A DNA stretch of 64,000 nt. Origin: Octopus bimaculoides. Its lineage: Eukaryota. The position numbers and the translations under genes are program-made. The notes below the pieces were generated by a model. The model did not search any database. It saw only the letters and a program-made list of their open reading frames with translations, and was not told where the DNA came from. Every line of letters begins with the position of its first letter. Positions within the stretch are counted from its first letter, which is position 1. Positions 1-13,203 of this stretch are shown one piece after another. The DNA lies in the NCBI RefSeq assembly GCF_001194135.2, contig NC_068996.1, positions 49,474,577 through 49,538,576 of the forward strand, written 5' to 3'.

Positions 1-796
1 TATACATATACATCTCTCTTTCTCTCTCTCTGAAAGTATCTGTCATTACAGTATCGAAATGTGATTGTTTCAGCTAGTGGAATAGTTTCATTTTTAAAGT
101 GAAAGTATTTGACATGAGTGTTTTTGTTTCACTTTTGACACGTAATACTTAAATAGTGGAGGAGATATTATGTTGCCGTAGGCTCGAACTCTGCAAGAAG
201 TTTAAAAAAATTTTTGACTAAAACACAACTGGAACCCTAAGTAAAGCATCTGTAAAATTTGAATGAAATTGGTTGCGTAGTTCTTGAGTTTTAGGGATTC
301 ACACACACAGACAGACAGACAGACACACATTCTCATTTTTATATATATAGATATGTATGTATGTATGTATGTGTGTGTATCCTTGCCTTGACATCATGTG
401 ATAATTGTAAATGGAGATGGTTACCATACATGCTGTGTTGTTTGTTTTCAAGTCAGGGTTGGCAACAGGAAGGGCATCCAGTTGTAGTAAATCTGCCTCG
501 ATTAATTCCTCTGACCCATCCAAGCATGGAAAATTGGATGTTAAAATTATGGTGGTGACGATCATAATAATAATAATAATCCTTTCTACTATAGGCACAA
601 GGTCTGAAATTTTGGGGGAGGGTGCCAGTTGATCAGATCGACCCCAGTTTGCAACTGCTACTTATTTTATTGACTGCAAAAGGATGATAGGCAAAGTCGA
701 CCTTGGCAGAATTTGAACTCAGAATGTAAAGACAGGTGAAATACTGCTAAGCATTTCACCTGGCATGCTAATGATTCTGCCACTTACCCACCTTAG

Positions 797-833
<37 letters not shown>

Positions 834-1066
834 TGGTATGCACTGCTCTCTCACTCAATGATAATTATCATTTATTTATTGCCTACAAGGGACAAACAAG
901 GACAGACAAAGGGATTAAGTCGATTACATCAACCATCGTGCATAACTGGTACTTATTGAAATCAACCCCAAAAAGATGAAAGCCAAAGTTGACCTTGGCG
1001 GAATTTGAATTCAGAATGTAACAGCAGACAAAACACTGCTAACGATTCTACCAGCTCGCTGCCCTC

Positions 1067-1103
<37 letters not shown>

Positions 1104-1740
1104 CTAAAAGCCAAATCTGAACTATGAAAGCTTTTGTTTTATATTTCTTTCTTTTAAAAAACAAAAATAGTTTGTTGGCGAATTAAGTGATGAAATAGGA
1201 GAAAAGGAATTAGGTTAATTGTGCGTATTTATATATATATATATATATCAATATCAACTTTATAATTCTATATGTTCTGTGTGTGCATGTGCATGAGTGC
1301 TTGTAATGCAGAAGGATAAGAAATCATTGGACTTATAATCTGAAGTCATTATTGCTATCGTTACTGAACACTGCTGGATTTCTGTGTCCTGCATGTGTTG
1401 CCATATGGTTGAAGCACTAAAATACACAAAGTAGAAACAGATTCAACAAGGCAATTCCTCAGTGAATATCAATTTTAGCTGTCACTGAACAAATGTAAAT
1501 GTGATATTGCATTGCTATTATCTATGATAATATCAAATTGACTTTGTGGTTGCATAGATAGAGCTGTAGAATATATGTAAATTTTCTGTGAATTGAGTCA
1601 GTGGTCTAGCATAACTGGAGTAGAGAGAGCTTATCATTGATGGGATCATGAATGGTGATGTAGGGACTCTTACAAACCTAGCCAACTGATTGATTGATCA
1701 AATGATTAATCAAACATTTGATTAGTTAATTGACTTTTTG

Positions 1741-1934
1741 ACTTTTTTACTTGTTTCAGTCATTTGACTGCGGCCATGCTGGAGCACCGCCTTTAGTCGA
1801 GCAAATCAACCCAGGACTTATTCTTTGTAAGCCTACTACTTATTCTATCGGTCTCTTTTGCCGAACCGCTAAGTTATGGGGACATAAACACACCATCATC
1901 AGTTGTCAAGCGATGTTGTGGGGGACAAATATAT

Positions 1935-1971
<37 letters not shown>

Positions 1972-2133
1972 ATGGGCTTCTTTCAGTTTCCGTCTACCAA
2001 ATCCACTCACAAGGCTTTGGTCAGCCCGAGGCTATAGTAGAAGACACTTGCACGAGGTGCCACGCAGTGGGACTGAACCCGGAACCATGTGGTTGGTAAG
2101 CAAGCTACTTACCACACAGCCACTTCTACGCCT
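1741..2133 (-). mobile_element. tRNA-headed SINE family A (central TA/TG microsatellite)
   Basis: Consensus AGGCGCAGGAGTGGCTGTGTGGTAAG...GGTTCAGTCCCACTGCGTGGCACCTTGGGCAAGTGTC...(TA)n...ACTGAAACAAGTAAAA. About 25 copies or fragments occur in the window, and many N gaps abut their TA tracts. Confidence 0.9.
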
Positions 2134-2167
2134 ATTGGTTAAATGTTTAACCAATTGACAAATGAAA

Positions 2168-2520
2168 TCATCATCATCATCGTTTAATGTCTGCTTTCTA
2201 TGCTGACATGGGTTGGATGGTTTGACATGGAGCTGGCCAGCCGGGGAGCTGTCCAGACTCCAATTGTCTGTTGTGGATTGGTTTCTACAACTGGATGCCC
2301 TTCCTAATGCCAATAACTTCACAGAGTGTGCTGGGTACTTTTTACATGCCACCAGCACGGGGGCATTCACACAACACCTGAAAAGGACGAGCTTCCATGT
2401 ATGGAAGACAGTAATTTTACTTAGCTTGATACATCTTTTCAAGTACAGCTAATCACCACAACTCCTGGTCCCTTGTCATTTCCTCAATGAAGCCCAGCGT
2501 TTGAAGATCCTTCCTTGGTC
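2168..2520 (-). mobile_element. RTE-type LINE 3' fragment
   Basis: (CAT)n-CGTTTAATGTCTGCTTTC...CTGGATGCCCTTCCTAATGCCAA signature shared with the 3' end of the 20423-21972 element. Confidence 0.75.
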
Positions 2521-2569
2521 AGGCCCAGCATCCGAAGAAACAAAGAAGGGAAATAGAACCAATACATAT

Positions 2570-2985
2570 TCTTTACTCCTTACTCTTTTCAGTCATTTGA
2601 CTGTGGCCATGCTGGAGCACCGCCTTTAGTCGAGCAAATCGACCCAGGACTTATTCTTTGTAAGCCTAGTACTTATTCTATCAGTCTCTTTTTGCCGAAC
2701 CGCTAAGTTTCGGGGACATAAACACACCAGCATCGGTTGCCAAGCAGTGTTGGTGAGGACAAACACAAACACATACACACACACACATACACATATATAT
2801 TTCTATATATATATATATATAGGACGGGCTTCTCTCAGTTTCCGTCTACCAAATCCACTCACAAGATTTTGGTCAGCCCGAGGCTACAGTAGAAGACACT
2901 TGTCCAAGGTGTCACACAGTGGGACTGAACCCGGAACCATCTGCTTGGGAAGCAAGCTACTTACCACACAGCCACTCCTATGCCT
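2570..2985 (-). mobile_element. SINE family A
   Basis: Near-identical to 1741-2133. Confidence 0.9.
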
Positions 2986-4782
2986 CATGTTTATTATTGA
3001 CATAATGATTGTCCCAACATACATTAAAACATGTTTCAACACAACAGTTCACATCAAGAATCTTGCAAATCAAATACAAAAACAAAATATATGGTCATTT
3101 CATTGCTTTTATTATCGCTAATTAATGATCATGCAAAAGGCGTACAGGCCACACAATATATATTGGTTTCAAGTTTTGGCACAAGGCCAGCAGTTTCAGG
3201 GGAAAGAAGTAAATCAATTACATCAATCCCAGTGTTCAACCAGTGCTTATTTTATTGGCCACGAAAAGATGAAAGGTAATGCTGACCCTCAGACGAGATG
3301 CTGCTAAGCATTTTTCCCAGAATGCTAATGATGCTGTCTGCTCATCACCACACTATAATATTGTTTCTCTTGCAAGCTCACAAAGGAGCCTATCATACAA
3401 CCTATTCAAAACAGTAGCCAAATTTCCCCCAAATGCCCCATTATCATTGAAAAGGAAACATTGGCTGATAATGTTGTCTTGAGTTCCATGCACATGGGAT
3501 GTTTCAAGCTGGATTGCCTTTGGTCACAGATTTTTTGCTTGATGCGTGCAGACTCAATCAATGTCAATTGGGTTTCAGACGTTTTGGCACAACCATTCTA
3601 GTGTCGCTGATTCAACATTGACTTATTGACATCATGCATTTCAATGTTTCTCTCATCCTCTCTCTCTCTCTCTCTCTCTCTCTTTATGTGAGCATACTTC
3701 TCTTTATGAGGAGACAGAAAGTGTTTATGTCAATCATGTTCAAATATAGTCTCTTTCTCTTTCTCTCTGTATATATGTATGTGCATGTTTCTGCATACTC
3801 GTGTATGTGTGTGTACGTATATGTGCACACACTCGCCTTCAGCACCAAAATGTATCGCCACCAAAACAGGCTGAAAATCCAGTCAGCTGTGCCAAATTGT
3901 TTCATTCAACTGTTAACATCATTTGCATTTCTTTCTAAATAACAGGATAGTAATTCCTATGAATGTGATTTTATGAAAGAGATAATGCTCTTTGAGTTCC
4001 ATGTACATGTATTGAGCGTTTTTGAAAACCCTCCATGCAACAAAAGTCATTTGAATGAAAATAATTCTAGAAAATACTTTGTTTATTGAATTTTTTTTAA
4101 TGGTAGATATTTCATCTTTGGAAATGTTTTTCCATATAACATATATCTCTCTTTTAACATATTTCAGTCATTTGACTGCGGCCATGGTGGAGCACCACCT
4201 TTAGTCGAACAAATCGACCCCAGGATTTATTCTTTGCAAGCATAGTACTTATTGTATTGGTCTCTTTTTATATCCTACGCCTATATNNNNNNNNNNNNNN
4301 NNNNNNNNNNNNNNNNNNNNNNNNNNNNNNNNNNNNNNNNNNNNNNNNNNNNNNNNNNNNNNNNNNNNNNNNNNNNNNNNNNNNNNNNNNNNNNNNNNNN
4401 NNNNNNNNNNNNNNNNNNNNNNNNNNNNNNNNNNNNNNNNNTAAAGGGATGTCAGCATCCAAGTTCCCTGGTTTTATCCAGTGTGTCAGTGAAAAACCAA
4501 AGATGTTAGTTTCACATTGAAGAATAGAGGTATACTATTTTTTATGTATGAGAAAAAGAAAATGGAGAAATTGACATATAGACATCAATTTATTAGAACA
4601 TAATACAATTCTGAACAATATCAAACTCAGTGTCACCTACAATTGTTTCCATACCCAGTTAAATCAATTTGAGAAAATAAATTAAATTAAATTTCCATAT
4701 CATCAAATATCATTAATTGGCTATTTCATCAGGGGAAGAATTTGATAGAGAGGAGCCAGATTCTGATGTACTGTTTGATCCT

Positions 4783-4873
4783 TGATAGACTTAGAAATGT
4801 GCGTTTCAGCAACCAATGTATTTTAAAAACTGTTACTTCGGTGTATGTAAATGCAAATTTGTTTAATGTATTT
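4783..4873 (+). repeat. Inverted copy of the PLE 5' leader (inverted pLTR-like repeat; partner ~8967-9064)
   Basis: tgatagacttagaaatgtgcgtttcagcaaccaatgtattttaaaaactgttactt...gtaaatgcaaatttgtttaatgtatttgt matches the reverse complement of 8967-9064, apart from a T-run expansion and a few substitutions. Confidence 0.8.
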
Positions 4874-6010
4874 GTCTGCGTGCATGTGTAATGTGTTGAA
4901 AAACAAAACAAAATATCCATTAGCTTAGACGATATTTCGATACAATTACTTTAAACTAGAAGCTAAAAAACATTATTCCTAATTTACACTATTACTTATG
5001 ATAAATCAAAATATCATTAACAGTATTTAATCACTTAAGAAGTTTATTATAAGTCATCCAGCTGCAATCTAGAAACCATAGTTAAATAATAGAATATTAT
5101 TATTATTATTTTATTTTAAAAACCATATTTATGTACATGTAATATTTTAATATTTTCATTATGTATTTGTGTGTGTGTTAATGTGTTGAAAGCTACAAGA
5201 TGATCACGAATCAAAACTGTTTACTAATTATGATAACTGAATATTACATCAACATTTGTGTGCAATATATTTGTTTATGTAATATTGTGAACACATACAC
5301 ACAGGCTTAATTGAGGAAAGCACTAACGTTAGCAAATGAAAATTAATGAAATTAATAAAAATTAAAACCATTATTGAATTAATACGTAATATCTTTAACT
5401 TAAGTTTACCAATTATCTTTTAAAATATATTAATCACAGATTCAGAAGATACATGCTTAAATCAAAATCCTTTTAACCTTTATATAATACAGTTACCCGC
5501 AAATAAAACCTTATGTCAATATTTACCATTTATTTTATATTTTAATATTAATATGATATTTACTAAGAATTATCTAATCTTTATGGTTAAAATTGTTAGT
5601 ATATTAATCCTGAGATACCGTGTAAATTTATAGTCCTGGTAACTTTTATATTGTATATAATGGTAGTTTTTGAAAACATATTTATAGGCATGAACACAGG
5701 ATAACACCCCTTCCTTCTTGTGTTAAGAAGTAGAAGTCTACGTTAGGAATTTAAGATTTGATATAATTCTTCTATGCAAAGAAAACAAAAGGCATTGCCA
5801 ATTTTATAGACATTAGTTCTGCTTATTAATTCCCATTCCACAGTAAGCATTTTATTCTTGTCCTTTAAGTCCCAAATAAATTTACTAAGACTGGTATAAG
5901 ACAACTTATTTTTATTATTAAATGTGTAATTGTTATAAGCAATACATTTTTTGATATAGTTTTGCGTAGCACTGATGTAAAAGAAATTCTTACTTTCAGA
6001 ATCACTGCGG

Positions 6011-6047
<37 letters not shown>

Positions 6048-7541
6048 TAGTTATTAAATCAACAGTTATTTCCATCTTTGCAATCACAATATATATTTTT
6101 CTATTCATATTACTATTGTGATTTATATAATTAGATTCAGTATGATTGTTATTTACAGCGTTACTTCTATTCTTCAGGCTAAGATGGGACTTAAAGTGGG
6201 TTGTTTTCCCTTGTACATTTGAAGAATTATTTAATCATTTTTCACTAACCTTATTTCCTAGAGTATTATTGTTGCATTTAATCGGGTAATTATTTTTATA
6301 AAAATTTAATAATTTCCTTTCATTGAGGAAAGAAATAACCTGAGACATATTCTTCAAAATGGAAAAAGCGAGACAGAGGTAAAATGTTTGGAAAATAGTT
6401 TGTATAAAGATCCGACTAAATTGTTCTTAACTTGTTTAGCGAATGGAATAATGAGCCAAATAATATTATTCTTATCAGAAGGTACATTATAATTTTCAAA
6501 TTTTTTAATCTTACTATATTTATACAGGAATGTCTTTTAATTCTATTATTCCTATTACTAATTTCATGAGTATTATCTGATGTACGATGCAATAAATTGG
6601 TTTACATATTTTGCATAGCATTGTTATCTAAAAGACGTTTATTCTTTTCATTTTTCCTATCCTTATTTCTATTTCTATTAGAGCCTTTAAAATTATAGTT
6701 ACTATGAGTAACTCCTATGTTACTAGAGCCACCATGGTCGACATTTTGTGCATAATACTTTAACTTAAGGCTATACCCAGCTTTGCTGAGGGCCATATTA
6801 TAATAGTCAGCATTTTTGTTAAAAATATCCTTATTAGATGATAAATTAGATATTCTTCTAGAAATATTGTAAACTAAGAAATTTTTTACAGAACTGGGAT
6901 GATTACTTCCAATATTTATATACTTAAGATTGGAGTTAGGCTTGTGGAATGGTTCATAGTTGCCTGTAATGAGGTTTAGGTTAACATCTAGGAAGTTAAC
7001 CAATTCATGTTCATTTTCAATTGTTATGGAATGCCCAAAATTTTTTAAAAACCTTTAAAATTTCTTCTTGTACAGCTCTAATTTTCTACTTGATAGTTTT
7101 CTAATAGTAAAAAGGGCATCATCCCTATATAAACCTCCCACAAGTTCAGGAAAATCCCTTTCTAAGATAAATATAAATACCTGCTAAATGAGTAACTTGG
7201 GTAGAATATGTGGAACCCATAGCAATATTAAAGACATCACAACTATCTTTCTTAATCCAATACTGGTTTTCAAACTCTATAACTGTTTTTCTGGTAGCTA
7301 ATATGACATTAATTTCTCCCTTATTCAGATTCGGGTTGTTTCTCACAAACAAAAGGGCCTTGTTTAAAACTACTTGGTTAATCAAAGAATAATAACTATC
7401 AATATCTATTTGTATAAACTTGTTTCTACTTTTGTATTTAATGCTGTTAAACCAATTTATTACTTTGTGGATATTAGACCAAAGTTGTAACCTTATCTTT
7501 TCCTTAAGGAGCAGTATGTGCTTATCTAAAATAACCTTACT

Positions 7542-7571
7542 TAACCCTAACCCTAACCCTAAGCCTAACCC
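7542..7571 (-). repeat. Interstitial telomere-like (TTAGGG)n tract inside the PLE RT
   Basis: taaccctaaccctaaccctaagcctaaccc. Confidence 0.8.
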
Positions 7572-8226
7572 AAGTCAAATTTTCCTGGGCAAATCAATCT
7601 TACTTTAGGGTTTCCTTAAAAGTTGTCTTTATGATCCTTTAAAATAAACCTAGGTATTTTAGGAACAAAAGTTTCAGATATGTCATCCAAACTGTAATTC
7701 TCCATTATCTGTTTGGATATTAAGTTGGTAGTTCTAAATATTTTTTTTTTTAGTTATTTTGTAACTTTTAGTAATTTCTTTTTTTAATACTTCATGGTAA
7801 TAATTTATTTCCAGATTATACAAATTGCCAGTCTTGTCTGAGTGTACAATTATCCCGTTTTTCCTTTTAAGTTCCGATACAAAAGATTTAAGCTTCCTCA
7901 ATTGCTCATTTCCTCTGTGGGAGTATTTCTTAATTTTAACATTTTTAATAATTTTCCACAGTTCGTCCTCAAAGCTGGCAAGGTGACTATTTGGTGGTGG
8001 GTATTTTTTAGTCCTAAAAACTTTTAATAGTTGATCAGTCTCTTTGGTTTTGCTATTTATCTGTGTATCCATTTTCTTGTCAAAATAAAATGCCTTCCAG
8101 CTGAGTCTATGGATGAATTCAGCTGTTTTATGAATTAGATCCTCTATGTAGGTCCTCAGATGGAAGGCATTTTATTTTGACAAGAAAATGGATTCACAGA
8201 TAAATAGCAAAACCAAAGAGACTGAT

Positions 8227-8807
8227 TTGAAATCAAAATCGAACCAAATTCGACGTCTGGCACCCATGCCAACCTCTCCTTCATTGGACACTAAACTCTG
8301 CTTGCGAAGACCTGTTGGGGCAAGTGAAATTGAAATTGTAATTGAACCATATTCAATGACTGGCACCTGTGCCAGTGAAGCACTAACAGCACCATCTGAG
8401 TGTGATCATTGCCAGAGCAGATGCCTGGCTTCCGTGCTAGTGGCATGTAAATAGCACCTTTTGAGCGTGATCGTTACCAGCGTCGCCTTACTGGCACGTT
8501 AGAAAATTATTTGAGCGGGGTTGTTGCCAGTGCCACTGGACTGGCTCCTGTGCAGGTGGCACATAAAAAACACCATTTTGAGCATGGCCGTTGCCAGTAC
8601 TGTGTGACTGGCCCTCGTGCCAGTGGCATGTAAAAGCACCCACTACACTCTTGGAGTGGTTGGCGTTAGGAAGGGCATCCAGCTGTAGAAACTCTGCCAG
8701 ATCAGATTGGAGCCTGGTGCAGCCGTCCGGTTCACCAGTCCTCAGTCAAATCGTCCAACCTATGCTAGCATAGAAAGCGGACGTTAAACGATGATGATGA
8801 TGATGTA
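8227..8807 (+). mobile_element. RTE-type LINE 3' fragment inserted into the PLE ORF
   Basis: Matches the 3' UTR of the RTE at 20423-21000 and ends in ...GCGGACGTTAAACGATGATGATG. ATGTA lies at both junctions (8146-8150 and 8803-8807), and the PLE frame AEY|IEDL rejoins across the insert. Confidence 0.88.
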
Positions 8808-9065
8808 CTCCGCTTTAGGTGGAATTGGAATGTCCTTCATAGAAATGTCTACTTCAGTTTGCTCCATTTTATTGGTGGAAACAAATACTCATCTACTTCC
8901 GTAGTTGTTTAAATTTAATTAAATCAAGGCCATAAATCAAGGATATGAATTAAGGATATAAATCCACAAATGCATTAAACAAATTTGCATTTACACATAC
9001 ATAAGTAACAGTTTTTAAAATACATTGGTTGTTGAAAGGCACATTTCTAAAAAAAAGTCTATCAT

Positions 9066-9380
9066 AGGCGCAGGCGTGGCTGTGTGGTAAGTAGCTTGCT
9101 TACCAACCACATGGTTCTGGGTTCAGTCCCACTGCTTGGCACCTTGGGCAAGTGTCTTCTACTATAGCCTCGGGCCGACCAAAGCCTTGTGAGTGGATTT
9201 GGTAGACAGAAACTGAAAGAAGCCTGTCGTATATATATGTGTGTGTGTGTGTATATATGTTTGTGTGTCTGTGTTTGTCCCCCCAACATCACTTGACAAC
9301 CGATGCTGGTGTGTTTACATCCCTGTAACTTAGCAGTTCAGCAAAAAGAGACCGATAGAATAAGTACTAGGCTTACAAAG
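9066..9380 (+). mobile_element. SINE family A (runs into a gap), abutting the PLE 5' leader
   Basis: Begins AGGCGCAGGCGTGGCTGTGTGG immediately after the PLE inverted-repeat partner. Confidence 0.9.
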
Positions 9381-10410
9381 NNNNNNNNNNNNNNNNNNNN
9401 NNNNNNNNNNNNNNNNNNNNNNNNNNNNNNNNNNNNNNNNNNNNNNNNNNNNNNNNNNNNNNNNNNNNNNNNNNNNNNNNNNNNNNNNNNNNNNNNNNNN
9501 NNNNNNNNNNNNNNNNNNNNNNNNNNNNNNNNNNNNNNNNNNNNNNNNNNNNNNNNNNNNNNNNNNNNNNNNNNNNNNNNNNNNNNNNNNNNNNNNNNNN
9601 NNNNNNNNNNNNNNNNNNNNNNNNNNNNNNNNNNNNNNNNNNNNNNNNNNNNNNNNNNNNNNNNNNNNNNNNNNNNNNNNNNNNNNNNNNNNNNNNNNNN
9701 NNNNNNNNNNNNNNNNNNNNNNNNNNNNNNNNNNNNNNNNNNNNNNNNNNNNNNNNNNNNNNNNNNNNNNNNNNNNNNNNNNNNNNNNNNNNNNNNNNNN
9801 NNNNNNNNNNNNNNNNNNNNNNNNNNNNNNNNNNNNNNNNNNNNNNNNNNNNNNNNNNNNNNNNNNNNNNNNNNNNNNNNNNNNNNNNTATATAAGGGGC
9901 TTCTTTTATTTTCCTTCTAAATCCATTCACATAGCTTGGTTTGGCTTGAGGTTATAGTAGAAAACATTTACCCAAGATGCCATGCCATGGAATCAAACCC
10001 AAAACCACATGTCTTGGAAACACTTCTTAACTATACACCTAAGCCTGTGCTGTTTTGTTTTGTCTTTTTTTTTTGTTAAAAATTTTACATTTCATTACAT
10101 TTTGCATGGTTTCATTTATATCCATCATGACATATTAATTTCTAGATATGCACACACACGCAGAACAGGATTTGAGTATAACTTGGCACTTCTACATCGA
10201 AATTGAAGAGAGTAACACTCTTACCTACTGAGCCATTCGTTTAATGCGTATTAAAACATAAGTGTTACATTTTTTAAGGCTAATAGTCCAAAAGAATTTT
10301 AATGATATTGATGACTCATGTCAGACAGACAGGCATTTAAAGTGTGTACATTTCTAAAAATAGAAATACACATGTCTAGTGTATTGCAAATTAAAAGATT
10401 AAAATGACAG

Positions 10411-11275
10411 TTAATCCATTAACATTAAAACCAGCCATATCCAACCCAAACATTCTACATGTTTTATGTTCAGACTGACCAGATCCAGCCTCTCACACCT
10501 ACCTTACAATGCCTTTCTTAAAATATACAATCACATCCTTTAATTCTAAAACAATGTAAATAAAGAAGAATTACATTTGACAGAGTCATCTGAATGCTAA
10601 AGGATTAAATAGACTGGATGATCATGAGAACTGGTCAAACAGGGCTGACCTGGGGTTAAACAACAGCAACATATTCTGTTACAAGCCAATACCAGAACCT
10701 CTAAGTGGTTGCTCAACTTGCTAGACATAGCAGCCAGATCTTCAAATAATTCCTTACCATTTTAACCCTTTAGCATTNNNNNNNNNNTTTAAACCAGCCA
10801 TATCTGGCCTAAATATTCTACCTGTTTCATGTTCAAACTGACCAGATCCAGCCTCTCACACCTACCTTACAATGTCATTCTTAAAATATACAATCATATC
10901 CTTAAAATCTTGAAGCCATGAGATAAGGCATGATTAATTCCAAAACAATGAATAAAGAAGAATTACATTTGACAGAGTAAGATTTAATAGACTGAATTAT
11001 CATGAGAGCTGATCAAACAGGTTTGACCTGGGGTTAAACAACAGCAACATATTAATGTTACAAGCCAATGCCAGAACCTCATAGTGGTTGCTCAACTTGC
11101 TAGACATAGTAGCCAGATCTTCAAATAATTCCTTATCATTTTAACCCTTCAGCATTTAAACCAGCCATATCTGGCCTAAATATTCTACCTGTTTCATGTT
11201 CAAACTGACCAGATCCAGCCTCTCACACCTCCCCTACAATGTTTTTCTAAAATTATCCTTGAAATCTTGAAACAT
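10411..11275 (+). repeat. Tandem triplication (~350-380 bp unit) of a TTAA-flanked MITE plus flanking DNA
   Basis: Units start at 10411, 10762 and 11141 with TTAACCCTTTAGCATT-like ends, and unit 1 has AATGCTAAAGGATTAA. Units differ by many substitutions; the third is partial. Confidence 0.8.
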
Positions 11276-11770
11276 TACATTTAATATAATGAATCTGCAG
11301 ATCCTAAATCAATTTGGGTGGACGTTCTTAATATACTGCGTTTCGTGTCACTTTGAATAAACGAATACCCATCCTTGGAACTGTCTTTCTTATAAGCGTC
11401 AATTACTAGGGTCGATTCAATCAACTACCACCCCCACCCACTCCTAAAATTGCTGGACTTGTACCAAAATTGAAACAATTTCTGAAGACTTGCAAAATTA
11501 TTAGAATATTGAATAAAATGTCCTCCAGTTTTTCTTGTGGCATTTTATTGTTCAGAGTTCAAAAACCCATTAGGTCAACTATGCCTTTCATTTTTTCAGG
11601 GGTCAATGAAAGTACTAGTTAAATACTGGGGGTTAATGGTATCAACTTAACCCATCCTTCTGAAATTGCTAGACCTTAGGTGGTGAATTGACAGAATTGT
11701 TCAAGCATTGAAAAGAACAAAATTACTTTGTAGAATTTGTTCCTTGGCTATGATTACATATTATATTATT

Positions 11771-12061
11771 GACTATCGACACACAGTCTGTGTCCATATA
11801 GTGTTTGCAAGGGTGGTCATTGCTCCCATTTCCTGCCTTATATGATACTCTTCTATATACAAGATCAGTGACTGTGTGTCGCTTAAAGAATTATATATAG
11901 TGTTTGCGAATGGAGAAAGCTTTCATCAACAGCCAGTGATTGTCTCACACAGAGGATAACCACCCAGAAACCACGGTCTGTGAGTATCACGTAAGGCTGG
12001 AGACAGGAGCAATGACCTCCCTTGCAAACACTGTACAGACACAGACTGTGTGTCAATAGCC
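11771..12061. mobile_element. MITE-like fold-back element with 56-bp terminal inverted repeats
   Basis: 11771-11826 matches the reverse complement of 12006-12061 with about 6 mismatches; no TSD is evident. Confidence 0.5.
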
Positions 12062-12492
12062 AGCTGGAAACATAGTCCTTTATAGGACCACCACATTCTG
12101 TTGGCAAATAAACTTTACTATTCAGTACTGTTACTGTATATCTATCGCTGAGAGATTAAAAACAAGTTGTTTTTCTCTATATTATATATTGACTTCTAAA
12201 ATCTTCGACTGCATTAGTTTCACTGATTGCAAGCACAAAAAAAAAGAGCAAAAAAAGTGCATGTGTTGATGATAGTGGTATTGGTGGGAGAGTGGATGGG
12301 TGGGTGGAGGAAAGACTGCCCTACCCACACAATAGCCAAGGCGAAGATTAAGACCAAGAACAAAGTTGACAAGATACATCATAAAGTTTTCAATGCTATT
12401 GCAATTCTTGTTTCTGTAAACAATGGGTTTTTTTTTTTAATAATAAATGTGTGGCAGCAGCAGCAGCAGTAGCAGTAGTAGTAGTAAAGGTG

Positions 12493-12525
<33 letters not shown>

Positions 12526-13158
12526 TGATATATGTTTTTGTTTAATATTACCCTTTTTTTTTTTTTTTTCTTTCTGTAAAAACTGACCTACTTTTTTTAA
12601 ATAAATTAAGTCTTCTTCCTTTTCTGCAGTCTTGAATGGAAGCTTTTATTTCCACTTTCCATAAGAAGTTCCAATTGTTAATCAATTTAACTCAATTAAA
12701 TTGAATTCTTCAAAAACTATTAAACTGGATTGATTGAAGAACATATCTGTATGAATGTCTCTAAATCTATTTGAGAACTTGGAAGCCAAGGTCATGTGGA
12801 AGAATAACAAAACCAAAAGCAAGAATTGAAAATGTACAGGAACAAAAGTATTGTTCTTTTATGGGATTTCGGTTACTAGATTGTAGGGGCCATGCTGGAA
12901 CACCACCTTTAAGAGGGTTTCAGTCTGTCATATCTTTTAGCCTTCTATCTCTTTTTATTTGTTTCAGGCATTAGACTGTGGCCATGCTGGGGCACCACCT
13001 TGAAGAAGTTTTAGTCAAACTAATCGACCCCTGTACTTATTTTTCTGTTAAAACCTGGTTCTTATTCTGTCGGTCTGTTTTTGCCTAAGTGATAAGATAC
13101 ATGGTTGTAAACACACAAACACCAGTTGTCAAGCAGGGAAACTAACACAGATACATAA

Positions 13159-13202
<44 letters not shown>

Positions 13203-13203
<1 letters not shown>

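Larger units (their letters stand above)
5670..8867 (-). mobile_element. Penelope-like retroelement (PLE), near full-length RT + C-terminal GIY-YIG ORF, inactivated by stops, frameshifts and insertions
   Basis: Minus-strand translation gives ordered PLE motifs: N-terminus MEQTEVDISMKDIPIPPKAEY/IEDLIHKTAEFIHRLSWKAFYF (ATG at 8867), VHSDKTGNLY, PKVRLICPGK, FIQIDIDSYYSLI, FNIAMGSTYSTQV, catalytic LYRDDAL (~7118-7129), thumb FLDVNLNL...SNHPSS...RRISNLSS, NIIWLIIPF, linker CDCKDGNNC, and an endonuclease tail YISATQN...TSLSKFIWDLK...CFLCIEELYQIL...LNTRRE. The CxC-x5-C linker recalls the Hydra-type PLE group (from memory). Confidence 0.92.

Noticed and set aside
5185-5350. Hammerhead-like strings near the PLE 3' region (ctacaagatgatcacgaatcaaaac; ttgaggaaagc...gaaa)
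   Set aside because: Core and helices are too degenerate to support a call. The minus-strand CTGATGA at ~4726 also lacks a downstream GAAA and stem.
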